Positions 37,898 through 49,700 of a stretch of DNA of 64,000 nt are shown here, piece by piece. Numbering within the stretch: position 1 is the first letter of the stretch; each line of letters starts with the position of its first letter. Under the pieces are notes generated by a model that was not told where the DNA came from, ran no database searches, and worked only from the letters and a program-made list of their open reading frames with translations. The DNA comes from Tubulanus polymorphus (lineage: Eukaryota; Animalia; Nemertea), in contig NC_134029.1 in the NCBI RefSeq assembly GCF_964204645.1, positions 17,354,950-17,418,949 on the forward strand. Reading direction: 5' to 3'. The position numbers and the translations under genes were made by a program.

Positions 37898-38200
37898 TTA
37901 TTTTGATTCATATAATTTTTCATCAAGTTCATGAATATATTTATGAGTTTTTAAACTCTTTAAATTTTTATATCTTTTATTACATACTTCACAGCATTTA
38001 ATATTATTCAATCTATCTGAAATATAATTCATATTTTCTATTAATTCAGCGTATCTAATTTTACAGCAATCATAGAATTCTAACAACTGTTTTATAGTAT
38101 AAACTGAGAATGAAAATAAACCTGTAAGCATAATAATTGATTTAATATTCTGTTGATTTTTATATATTAGATGTAATAAGTTTAATATATTTTCACTCAT
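37898..38200 (-). CDS. Palindrome ORF C mirror copy
   Basis: Translation identical to 36098-36400. Confidence 0.65.
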   Translation of the reverse strand: MSENILNLLHLIYKNQQNIKSIIMLTGLFSFSVYTIKQLLEFYDCCKIRYAELIENMNYISDRLNNIKCCEVCNKRYKNLKSLKTHKYIHELDEKLYESK

Positions 38201-38220
38201 TTATTTATTTAATTAATTCA

Positions 38221-38418
38221 CTAATCTGATTCAATAACTTTTTTATGATTATTTTTATTTCCATTTAATTTTTTCAATTTCTTGCTCAATTTTATATTTT
38301 CATTCATCAAATCCTTACTAATATTCTCATAGTATAAATAAAGCGCAGCCAATATTAATCCTCCTGCTACAAGATAATGTTTCAAATCACTTTTCCCAGT
38401 TGGGATGAAACCATCCAT
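38221..38418 (-). CDS. Palindrome ORF B mirror copy
   Basis: Translation identical to 35880-36077. Confidence 0.6.
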   Translation of the reverse strand: MDGFIPTGKSDLKHYLVAGGLILAALYLYYENISKDLMNENIKLSKKLKKLNGNKNNHKKVIESD

Positions 38419-38540
38419 TTATTTAAGAAAGAAATTAAACAGTTTATAAAATATTTGCTAGTTTTTAATTAAATATTTTATAATCATTTTGAAAATATCA
38501 AACTTTTAAATGATTAAATCAAATAACAATTAAATTTACG

Positions 38541-39074
38541 GCCAAACAATTTATCATTTCAACTGTCAAACAATTTATCATTTCAACTGTCAAACAATTT
38601 ATCATTTCAACTGTCAAACAATTTATCATTTCAACTGCCAAACAATTTATTATTTCAACTGTCAAACAATTTATCATTTCAACTGTCGAATAATTTATCA
38701 TTTCAACTGTCAAACAATTTATCATTTCAACTGTCAAACAATTTATCATTTCAACTGTCAAACAATTTATCATTTCAACTGTCAAACAATTTATCATTTC
38801 AGCTGTCTTATAGTTTCAACTGCCAAACAATTTATCATTTCAACTGCCAAACAATTTATCATTTCAACTGCCAAACAATTTATCATTTCAACTGCCAAAC
38901 AATTTATCATTTCAACTGTCAAACAATTTATCATTTCAACTGTCTTATCATTTCAACAGTCGAACAATTTATCATTTCAACTGTCTTATCATTTCAACTG
39001 TCAAACAATTTATCATTTCAACTGTCAAACAATTTATCATTTCAACTGTCAAACAATTTATCATTTTAACAGTC
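38541..39074 (-). repeat. 24-bp tandem array, mirror copy
   Basis: Reverse complement of 35224-35757, with the same variant units. Confidence 0.95.
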
Positions 39075-39126
39075 TATTAGATATTTAAATCATTTAACTC
39101 AATTCAATAATTATAATGTAGAATTG

Positions 39127-39774
39127 TTACTCTTTACGCCAGTTTTTATGTTTAATTGTTTCATAATGCTTTGATTTATGTGATTTTAAATATTTACCTC
39201 CGCAATAACAATGCACTTTTTCATTAGGATTGAATTTTCTAAATTCATCATCTAAATTACATTGAACTGCAATATCTTTAAATGATTTTTCATTATCTAA
39301 TTCACATTGAATTCCAATATTTGATGAATTTTCATTATAGATAATTTGTTTATTATCAAAATTGAAATAATATAATTGTCTTTTTTCAATTCTTAAGTTA
39401 ATCAAATCATTGTAATCTTTTGAAAGTATTATATCATCATTTCTTTCATTGAAAGGAGTTTTAAGAATATTAATTATGTTTTCATCTAAAGTTCCTTTAA
39501 AATTCAAAACTGTATTGAATATTTTAGGATTTTTAACGCCATTATCAAAAGTATCTACTAGTTCAGTAATTAAATATGTTTCATTTGATGATATTTGATT
39601 AATCATAGTTATGTTATCGATTTTATAATGTCTTGCGGACACTAAATTTGTTGCTGAAATATAATTTTTAATGTAAAACTGTGAAAATGATTTATTGGTT
39701 TCATTGATTTCGATTTTAAAGTTGGGTTCTTCTTCTTTCTTCATTTTTATAACAAAATTTTTATTAAAACTCAT
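39127..39774 (-). CDS. Palindrome ORF A mirror copy
   Basis: Translation identical to 34524-35171. Confidence 0.7.
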   Translation of the reverse strand: MSFNKNFVIKMKKEEEPNFKIEINETNKSFSQFYIKNYISATNLVSARHYKIDNITMINQISSNETYLITELVDTFDNGVKNPKIFNTVLNFKGTLDENIINILKTPFNERNDDIILSKDYNDLINLRIEKRQLYYFNFDNKQIIYNENSSNIGIQCELDNEKSFKDIAVQCNLDDEFRKFNPNEKVHCYCGGKYLKSHKSKHYETIKHKNWRKE

Positions 39775-42440
39775 TCAAATATAAATATTCACTGTTCTAA
39801 ATATGAATTATTTCACTCACACTTTACTCACACTTTTAATGTTTAAAAATCTAACTCATACAAATATAAATATTGAAATATGTTTAAAATATAAACTATT
39901 TCACTCACACTTTACTCACACTTTTATATTCGTTTAGTTATCCATTTATTTTACTTATATTTTTACTCGAAATCTGTTAAAATATGAATTATTTCACTCA
40001 CACTTTACTCACACTTTTTCTAGCGAGTAGAAAATGAAAAATAAATTCGAGCGTGTGAGAATTTATTTTTCATTTTTATGAGTTTTGCGAGTAATTCAAG
40101 TAGAAATTGTTATTATTTTTATGTTTTTTCATTTTTTACGAGCTCGACCGTTCGACCTTTGGCCTGAAAGCCCATTACCCCTATTACTTTCAACTAGGAA
40201 CAGCATTATTCAACCCACGAGTGAAGGTATTAACATTAACTTATGTAATAGTATCTCTGCCGCGTCGCTGATAATACTGGAGATAACAGGCAGTCTGTTC
40301 TGGGACATAACAGGATAATTTCGATAATTTCGACGCAGTCAGCATTTCGTAGTGGCGGCCTTATTGATTTTTAAGAGCCGAAGATCACAACATGCCGGCA
40401 AGAAAAAATCAAAAAAATCCACCGGGGAAGAACTTCAATAAAGGTAAACGTGGCCGGTCGAGTGGCTCAGACACCGATACTAGAACCCCGGCCAGGGAAT
40501 CAATTAAAGCGAGCGATGCAGCACCAGCCGAAGCGGATGAAAACAGCTCTGAATCGGAGGACAGCACTGAGGTATCCATTAATCAGTTTGGTTATAAATG
40601 CGATTAGTCGATTGCCGGTATATTATATAGTAATTCTATAGCAACTGATCTCATGTGACAGTCATTTGCCGTATAATTCGCCTGCGGTTGAATTCGAGAG
40701 ACTGGATTGATTGATACATTGTATCGAATTCGGAGCGAAGATAAATTCACCGAACAAATAATATATCATATATCATATAATATATCATAATTTTTTTTCA
40801 GAATTAATGAATAAATAATATACATTAAAAAAATGTAGTTGATGGAGTACTATCATCGATTAAGAATTCGGCGATAGAGCATGTGACAGAATTCCAAAGG
40901 CAATTTATATCAAGAGCAAAGATATTCGGCGAATCGATGTTCTCCAGAAATCACCATGCCATGTATATCACGGGCTTAAACGATAACTTGACTGATTTGT
41001 ATTCAAATTTACCCATATGGGAAATTGTTCACATTCGATCATAATATCCAATCACCCTGAATTCAATACATTTCACGAAACAAATGTCCGCCGTGTTTTG
41101 TTCTTTAGAGCTACGTATTTGGGGCTATTTGGAGGAGACAGAAAGGAGCTGCACTCCAGCGCTCACTATTGCCATCTACACAAAATTGCTAACGTATACA
41201 CGTACAACTATTGCCCTCAAAGCTATAGCAGCCAAGCAGTAGAAAATGCACTTAGTTTCTAGGCGGAATTTTGTAGCGGTCCTTCGAGATTCCCACTGTT
41301 GCGGTAATGTTCACTGGTTTTGGAACATAAGAATATTCATAAGTTATAAGAATTGATTGAATATCAATGAGCTCTGCAGTCCCTTGCTTGAAAAACTAAA
41401 TTCATACGTCATTTCAAAAGAACTGAAAGTAGATGTAAATGGTGATTCTTGGGTTTTTCGAACGCAGCAATTGAGGGTATTGACGATGTGAAACCACCAA
41501 AGACCGCATATTCTTACCGCGCGTCAAAAAATCGCGAATTTGATTAATTTGTGGACAATATTTTCAAATATCTCCCATTTTTAGAGGTTATACGTGTATA
41601 TCGTAATTTGCAATTCGGGTGTGCATTTGAATTGTTTGAACATCTTTCCTAACTACCCGTTGCAGAGGGATTTCCCATAATCTCCACCAATGTTTTTCCT
41701 ATATTACAAAGGTACGGTTTTGACATGGAATTAAAAAAGGCAGAGATCACGTAAAAACAAAAGGTTAAGTTTTAACGCGCCGTTGAAATGAAAATTTAAC
41801 GAAAATACTTTTTAACGTGGGGTTATAAACGAAACGAAAAGTTGGTTTTAAGTGGAAACCTGCCTCAACAACATTCCGAGTTTTCGGATAACCGTATAGT
41901 TGTCTTCTCTTTCCCAGTGGGTAGTTCGGGCATTTTGCCGGCATTAACTGGCGATTAGTTAGAAGTAGTCCAACAACGTCGAATTCTTAACCATATTTTG
42001 GCGGTCAATATTTTGATTGGTTGTTGGAAATCGGAGGTTTGGAAAAGTCAACCTAACTCTGCTATGGCTCAGCACCGAATCAGATTGTGTCCGCAAGTTA
42101 TCTGTGCATTTTGATTTAGAAAAATGAGCCTTAACGTCTTCCATAAATCACAATTTTATCATTTAATCTCTTTTCGTTATCGTGCAATATTGTTGACGCC
42201 GCGCCATTTTTTAGTGATACTCAATGGAGAATCAATTAGTATTGAAGGAGTTACGATGCAATGTAATCACCAACAGCCAAAGGCCTAGAAAGTAAGGGGT
42301 TTAGGGTCTAATATTCAGTTCCACATTTGGGGGTCATCCCTACATTCCTCAGGTTCTATGTTCCCCGGGTTCTATATTCACCCAGTGGAAATAATACAAA
42401 AAGGGTTCCCTATTCTCCAAATAATAAAAAGGTTGACCGG

Positions 42441-43075
42441 AGGGGTCCATACCTATGCTTTTAATGATATTCCATCAATTATAACATTTATTAGCTAAAT
42501 ACTATAAATTTGATACAGACAAGGCTGCTTTTAATTCTTTTGCAACAGCGAGAACTGAACGAGATCAGTTCCAAATGACGATATCGATCGATCACGGTAA
42601 TTCATGCAGCATACGTCACACTGTAAAAAGGCTTTTAGACTTGCCCGGGCAATTTTTTATTGTGATTCATGTCGTTAATTTTCATTCAATGGAGTAAAGA
42701 TAGAATGAAGATAGTGCCAATTTTCCACAACATCGACTAACCTTGGTTGCATTTCAGGCTTTGCAGCCTGCTGGCCCTTAATCATGCTCTCAATTCCGGG
42801 CGCCAAAATTTAGTGTGTGTGGCCACGAGAACAAAGGACTTTTTTGTACATTTTCCATTATCTTCCGTGGGGTATTATATAACCAGGGGACTAATATAGA
42901 ACCCGGGAACATTGGACTCGGGGAATATATAGAACCTCTTTATGTACGATTTCCCTTGGGGGAACATAGGTCCCGGGGAATATAGAACCCTGTTTTTATA
43001 ATTTCCCTTGGGGGAATATAGAACCCGGGGAAAATAGGACATAGGAACATAATAGGAACATAGGTATGGACCCCT
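42441..43075. mobile_element. Possible MITE or nested DNA transposon remnant
   Basis: 17-bp inverted repeat AGGGGTCCATACCTATG / CATAGGTATGGACCCCT and subterminal GGGGAATATAGAACCC repeats; no TSD seen. Confidence 0.45.
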
Positions 43076-43872
43076 ATGGGTGAATTATTGATTACAGAAA
43101 AGTCCGTGCACAAGGATTGATTGAAATAACGCCCGTGTGCAGTGATTTATCACAATAACGTACGTGCATACAGATCAATCGGAATAATTTTTTCCGTAAC
43201 CTCCCGGGTTCTGTACGTTTTTTTCGATTGCAAATTCCTCATTCTTGCTTTATTTATGCGCTTTGTTTAACATTTTTGATCTTTGAAGGTGTATGCGGGA
43301 GATTCTCATCGACTTGACGAACAGCACTATGAGCGACGATGTCAATTTGCTAGTCAGGAGTGAGTGTGATTGCGACAAAATTGTGATTGGTTCGTATCAC
43401 GCACTGGTATCAGCCTCCTTCAAACACGCCAAGTTAACTCAGACACCGGCGTTCTCTCGCGCACTAAGCCGTGACAGATAACAATGCAAAATACAACGAC
43501 GAGCCGTATCAAACTTACTGACTGTGACAAATGGCGGTTAAAGCCGATCAGATGGAACTATCAGTTCAGCGTCTATATTTACATATATTTCTATTCACCG
43601 GCCGCAATCATAGGCATAGTTTCAAATGCATTGATTATCGTCGTTTTGGACAGAATGAGAAACCGATCATATTATCTGCACTACTCATTGTTTATGTACG
43701 TCTGGTACCCAATGAGGGCCGCCTACATGTATCGGTTTTTAGATGACATTGTTTTTCGTGTGGTCATTCGGGGAAGCTTTTATCAAGATTTCCCACGTGA
43801 CGGGGGCTACTATGTATTCCTTCTAACCCGTAACTAGTGTATTTTGTTGTTGAGTTTTGAAAGGCTGATTAT

Positions 43873-44030
43873 TATGGTGGCTGATTCGGGCCATGTAAAA
43901 ATTTTTTTTCGTCCTCCACGAAAACGCGCAAAAACAAATATGACCGCGCAAAATTTGTTTTATTTGTTTTTGCGCGTTTTCGTGGAGGACGAAAAAAAAA
44001 AATTTGACATGGCCCGAATCAGCCACCATA
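43873..44030. mobile_element. 158-bp palindromic MITE, 6-bp TSD (IS3EU-like; same ends as 24181-24600)
   Basis: TATGGTGGCTGATTCGGGCCATGT...ACATGGCCCGAATCAGCCACCATA; TSD GATTAT at 43867-43872 and 44031-44036. Confidence 0.87.
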
Positions 44031-44470
44031 GATTATCGTTCAAATCCCGAATATTCTGGTGAAGAAAAGTCGTCAATTCAATACTTGCATTCATACATAT
44101 TTTTGCAGTAACAAGGTATATACCCCAATTTGTTCCGAGGGGGCGTTTTGTGTTCATTAAGCCATGCGGTGAATACGGGCCAACTATAACAGTAAACAGA
44201 GGGGTTAAACTCATCAAGAATCGTCAGGTTATCGTCAGGTCCTATCTAAATGGAGTAATGCAATTCATGACTGGACTGAATCCCACTGGTTACATTGTGC
44301 ATAACAATGCAACATTGATCATCAACTTACTTATTAAGAGGAAGAAACGCGGCAAAATGCTGTCCACTTTGAACAACCGGACATAATCGGCTACGAAAGA
44401 ACAGCGAGTGGTGCGAATGGTTGTCACAGTCGTATCCATTTTTATTTTTTGCGAATCCATTTTCCTTATC

Positions 44471-45017
44471 AGTAATTTGGAATAAGTTGTTTCAAGCCAA
44501 AGGTCGAGCTCATAAAAAATAAAACATAAAACATAAAGCTCATAAAACATTTTTCTACTCACTCGCCCCCTCAACCTTTGACTTGAAACAACTTATTCCA
44601 GTGAAAATAAGTTATTGGTTTCATTGATTTCGATTTTGAATTTCGGTTCTTCTTCTTCTTTCTTCATTTTTATAACAAAACTTTTATTAGAATAAATCTA
44701 ACTCATTCAAATATAAATATTCAATGTTTTAAATATGAATTATTTCACTCACACTTTTTATGTTTAATAATTGATTTTTCATTATTCGAAATCTATATTT
44801 GATCTTATTTTTCTAGATTATTATGCTAACACTTTACTCACTCTTTTAAATTGTGGAATTATTAGAGTAATTGGGAATAAGTTGTTTCAAGTCAAAGGTT
44901 GAGGGGGCGAGTGAGTAGAAAAATGAAAATAAATTCGAGCGTGCGAGAATTAATTTTCATTTTTTATGATCTCGACCTCTCGACCTTTGGCTGGAAACAA
45001 CTTATTCCCAATTAACT
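44471..45017. mobile_element. 547-bp Maverick-type mini-element
   Basis: AGT...ACT ends; TSD CTTATC at 44465-44470 and 45018-45023. Carries the 5' fragment of palindrome ORF A (MKKEEEEPKFKIEINETN, minus strand) and its upstream motifs. Confidence 0.88.
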
Positions 45018-46745
45018 CTTATCGATCGTTTTTTATCGGAAGGTATCAGAATAAGAAATAACAGGTTTGGAATGGTTGTCAGAAAAGTTGGCATTCTCAT
45101 GACCGTTGTTGATTCGTGCGCTAATTTCGTTATCTATAGCATAACGAATCATCGCTTCCGAAATGCTGCCATACAGTTATTTCGCCCTCGGTTCGCGAAA
45201 TAAACAGACACAAATAGTATATTTTCACACGATATACAGATGACGCGCAGTTGGCTACCCTTTTATTTGATTGTTTATAGTTGAGTTTCATGAAGTTAGC
45301 TTAGTAAATAAATTCCGATGAAGGACACACGAGTCTGAAAGCTAAAAGGGATTTTTAATTTTTTCGTTACATATGAACCTGGCACATTTCATTCGTTTCA
45401 CAAAAAAAGTCCTACACTTCCAATCAACAGTTACGTTTGAAGTATTCTTGACACATGTGGTACATTGCTCCTATAGGCCTATATGGGGGGGGGGGTATTT
45501 CATTTTGTTACATAATATTTTAGGGGGGGGGGTGACAACATTTGTTACAAGCTGTTACAGGGGGGTGTCTAAATTTCGTGCTACGTAATTTTTGAACAGC
45601 CCCTTATTATCATTTGACTCACACGAATTCGGTCTTTGTAACAGAGGAAGTAACTTGGGTGTTTTGTTGGAGATTGCTACGTCTTTGAAATCGTTGTCTA
45701 ATTCAACGCTTTGTGTATTTTATGTACAATGTTGATGCAGACTGAAACTGGATGGCTTTCTCACCAGTGGATACAGCATTTGCACGATTCGGCTCCACCA
45801 GAAACAGAAGCCCTTATAAATAACTTTGACAGCGTATAATGGAATGGTGAAAAACCAAGTGTATGTCGAAATCAGCCCAGATCCCCTGGATGCTGATCCA
45901 AGAACAAACAACGTAGGTTTCAGAAATTTAATTGCACTCGATCATCCTTCCGTTTGGCGGGCTATCCGAGCATTCCATATGGAATGCTTCGCAATTAACA
46001 TAATCGTAGTAGTAGACCAGAATTGTATCGCGTGAAATGGCTACTTCAGTTAGCGTTTGAGAAATCTTTGTACAAGGTAAGAACTTGCCTGCAAACTTTG
46101 TATCTGGAATAGGGCATCATCCAACATAAAGCCGCTTAAGTAAAACAGACTTACATCGATTGATATATCTTGACTGTGCATTCACATGTTAATATATCAA
46201 CGTGTTAAATATGTTGTTCACTTTTTGATTTCAATTATATTGGAATATGGAATTCAATTGGAATTCATATGGAATTTTCAATCGGATCTAGAAATATTAT
46301 GTAAACCTGTAGATAAGACATGCCCAATCCCGCGCGCATATTTACCGTGGCCGCCGCCGCCCTTCGCCTCCCGCGCTTTCCATTGTCGCGCTTCCAGACA
46401 TTTTATGAAGGCGTCAAATAATGTATTCACTCGTCGGTTTTCTTGTCTCGGTTTCCCAGATCCGAGTCGTGTAAGAAGCGTAAAAAAACACTATCCGAGC
46501 CATTTGACCCTGCGGATACATAAATTTGTCATTTTTTGATAAATAAATATTGAATTGAATTAAATTGATGGTTTGAGGGATGGAAAAGAATGGCTACTCA
46601 GACAGTTTCCCTTGTCAAAATATCGATGTCGATGATGATAGGCAGTGGACATCTCTAATGATAAGGCCTGCTCAATGAATTATGGAAATATCCGCAATAA
46701 ATAGGGTGTTGTTGATTATAACTCGTCGATGCCAAGTGTCATAAA

Positions 46746-49700
46746 ATGGAAGTTGTCAATGTGGAGAATAATCTTCATCATCATGATATTGAAGACCCAG
46801 CTGCAGCAGCAGCAGCAGCCGCCGCAGAAGAGGAAATGATGGATAATCCTCCAGTGCCAGAGAGAATGGATTCACTCGACCTACAACAACAACAACCCAA
46901 TTTCGCCGTTCCTCCTCCGGCTAGCGATGACAATGTCGGTCGAGAAAATAACGAATCGAAGTCGCGCAACAACTCGAAACTGTCGCAAACAGACGAGACG
47001 TCATCGGAAACTGTGTTTATGTTCGTCGCTAAAGACTTGTTCAAAGACGCCTACAACGCGTACTACGAAATGTACCGCGCGGGCGAACTCTGCGACGTGA
47101 AAATCAAATGCGGCGCCAAAGAGACGGCTTGTCATCGCGTCGTGCTGTCGAGCGTCAGTCGCTATTTCAAGACGATGTTCACCGCCGAGATGGTCGAACG
47201 CACGCGAGAATCGGTGACCGTCGGCGACATCGACGAGGACGCCATGATGAAACTGATCGAGTACGCGTACACGGCGAAGATCGCGATGACCGTCGACAAC
47301 GTCGAGTCGTTGATGTATGCGGCGTCGATTTTACAGATCGACACCGTCGCGACGGCGTGCACGGATTTCATGCAGAAACACTTGCACCCGACGAACTGCA
47401 TCGGGGTTCGTAATTTCGCCGATATGCACGGCCAGGTGAACTTGCTACACGTCGCCGACGAGTATATCCTCGATAACTTCCTCGAGGTCGTCGCCAGTGA
47501 CGAGTTCTACGAGTTGACGCCGAATCACCTCGACATGTTGATCGCGTCGATCGATTTGAACGTTGATTCCGAAACGCAGGTTTACGAGGCCGTCGTCAAG
47601 TGGGTCAAACAGAATGTCGCCGAACGCAAAAGTTTCCTGCCGAAGTTGATTTCGAAGGTGAAACTGCCGTTGTTACCGGCGGCGTACTTGTTGAGTTGTG
47701 TCGAAACAGAAGATTTGTTGAAACGGAACCTGGAATGTCGCGATTATCTCGACGAAGCGAAGTATTACCAGATGTCGTTGTCCGGTCTTCTGCCTGAAAT
47801 CAAATACACGGAGCGACATCGTCCGCGGAAGAGTTACTCGGGTAAAGTCTGCGACGGTTGATTTCTACTGTCATTCTCTTCAGTTTTATCTAGTTCTTTT
47901 ACGAGCAACACGTAACAGGGGGTTCGAATAGGAAATTAGACATTCAAGTCAGAGGTTAGATGAATAGTCAAATAGGGGACATTCATTTATTACGTATGCA
48001 TTAGGGAGGAGGAGGTGTCAGTGCAATTGCGCTTAATATATATGAAAAGTTGGCCGATTTTGCGCACATGGGGGGTAGGGGGTTGAAAAGTTGAAATTCG
48101 TTATGGGTGTGCTAGATATCTCTAACACCTCAGAACGGTTTTTCCTCGGTCAATTTTTACATAATTGGTGGCTATCTTAGTCTTATCAGTTCTTATGCAT
48201 AGATGTGTAATAGGTATTTTTAGTAAAATTTTAACTTGGAAGTCTTGATATTTGAGCATTGTCACAGGACACACCTCCGTACGTAGAATTGAGGTTACCC
48301 AGTCTTTTGTTCTCCCCCACTAGGGGGAATTAACTATAGAATTGTATACTATGTAGGCCTATAATTTTCGATTTATATTGGTAGGCCTACCTCTGCAAAT
48401 TTTGTGATCACAATCAATTGCAAATTTGTAGCATTTCAAGTTAATTGATTGCTGAATTAATTGAATATCGAATTGTCAGATTATCTATCAAGCATTTCAC
48501 CAAGCGCGCATGGTGTCCCTGGACCCCTAGTTGAAGTTCTTTTTGGGGTAATTTTGAAGATGCTACAATCACTCTTGATCTTTGATAATAGGCCTATCTT
48601 TGTATCCCCCTCACGGCCTAATGGTTTGCCGTTTTTCATTGAAATTCATGATTGGTATACTTTGAGAAAAGATCTTGAACATATTGAAGGTTTTTACGAT
48701 CATTTAATTATCACGCAATTGCCGGCCTAGAATCGTCAGTCCTAAATCGCAGATGGAAAAAGGTTTTCAGCCCACTTGGGTCTTTCAGCGGAGTCCCATA
48801 CCTGTTCTAGTGGTTTATATTAACTGAAAATGTTTCGAGAAACTATTTGACTATTGGTTTACTCCCCTTAGATATTTAAAATTGAACCAATTTGACTCGG
48901 TGACTGTGGTACTGGCTTGAAAAGCAAACCCCAATCACAAACTCAAGAAATTGTTCGTGTATATTTTTAGGAGTAATGTTTTGCGTTGGTGGTCGTGGAG
49001 CGTCTGGCGAACCGTTTCACAGTATTGAATGTTACGACTTGCGTAAAGATCGTTGGTTTAATATCGGAGAAATGAACACTAGACGGCGCCATGTGGGTGT
49101 CGTCGCGACCGGTGGTCAGTATAAACGCTATTTATTTATAGACAAAATGATCCTTAATATGTTTAAGCCTATAACAGACATAGTCGCAACAATGATCTTA
49201 TATCTCTAATTTCTCAAAACACTCGGATGAAAATCTATTCCTAAGAATTTTTAGCTTGTTAAAAATTATTATGGGTGGTTATAACCTAGGATGCCCAAAT
49301 ATACATCTCCAGTGTTATGGTATGTTACGTCGATGGGCATATTTGTTGAAGATGACAGCGCCCATCTACAGATATGATTGTCGTAGGCTCATACAATGGT
49401 TGATGTCGAGCTAAGAACATTTTCTGTTAGATTTTCTTCAAAATGATTTCGGTGGCGCCAAGAATATCCAAATCATTGGCTTTGGACTCCATTTCGGCTT
49501 TGGCTACGCATGTTGTGTCATGAAAACTTTGTGTCTGGTTCCCGATGTGATTAAAGTAACATTAGTATGAACGCAGCTTGATATCTAGGCTGTATTTCGG
49601 AGTTTCTTTCAAAATGAATTAACTTTGTTTTGTTTTCAGGAAAACTGTATGCAATAGGGGGATATAACGGAATCCATCATCTGAATAGTGGCGAGGTATT

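Larger units (their letters stand above)
34110..40188. mobile_element. 6079-bp palindromic non-autonomous Maverick-related element
   Basis: AGTAATAGGGGTAATGGGCTTTCAGGCCAAAGG termini shared with the Maverick. TSD TTCAAC at 34104-34109 and 40189-40194. Arms of ~2.9 kb mirror each other (paired coordinates sum to 74298) around a ~185-bp spacer. Confidence 0.95.
43484..45203 (+). pseudogene. Peptide-receptor-like class A GPCR pseudogene interrupted by two insertions
   Basis: TM1 PAAIIGIVSNALIIVVL, TM3 LLSFERLI, TM6 RVVRMVVTVVSIFIFCES, TM7 MTVVDSCANFVIY...RFR; stops and frameshifts. Confidence 0.75.

Noticed and set aside
34110-40188. Palindrome as a pure assembly or chimeric-read artefact
   Set aside because: Flanks are not mirrored, there is a 6-bp TSD, the boundaries match Maverick tips exactly and the spacer is unique. 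Read-level confirmation is still advisable.
46781-47797. Alternative-frame and antisense ORFs over KLHL8 exon 1, and similar ones over Gypsy pol and Maverick genes
   Set aside because: Shadow ORFs caused by codon bias of the real genes.
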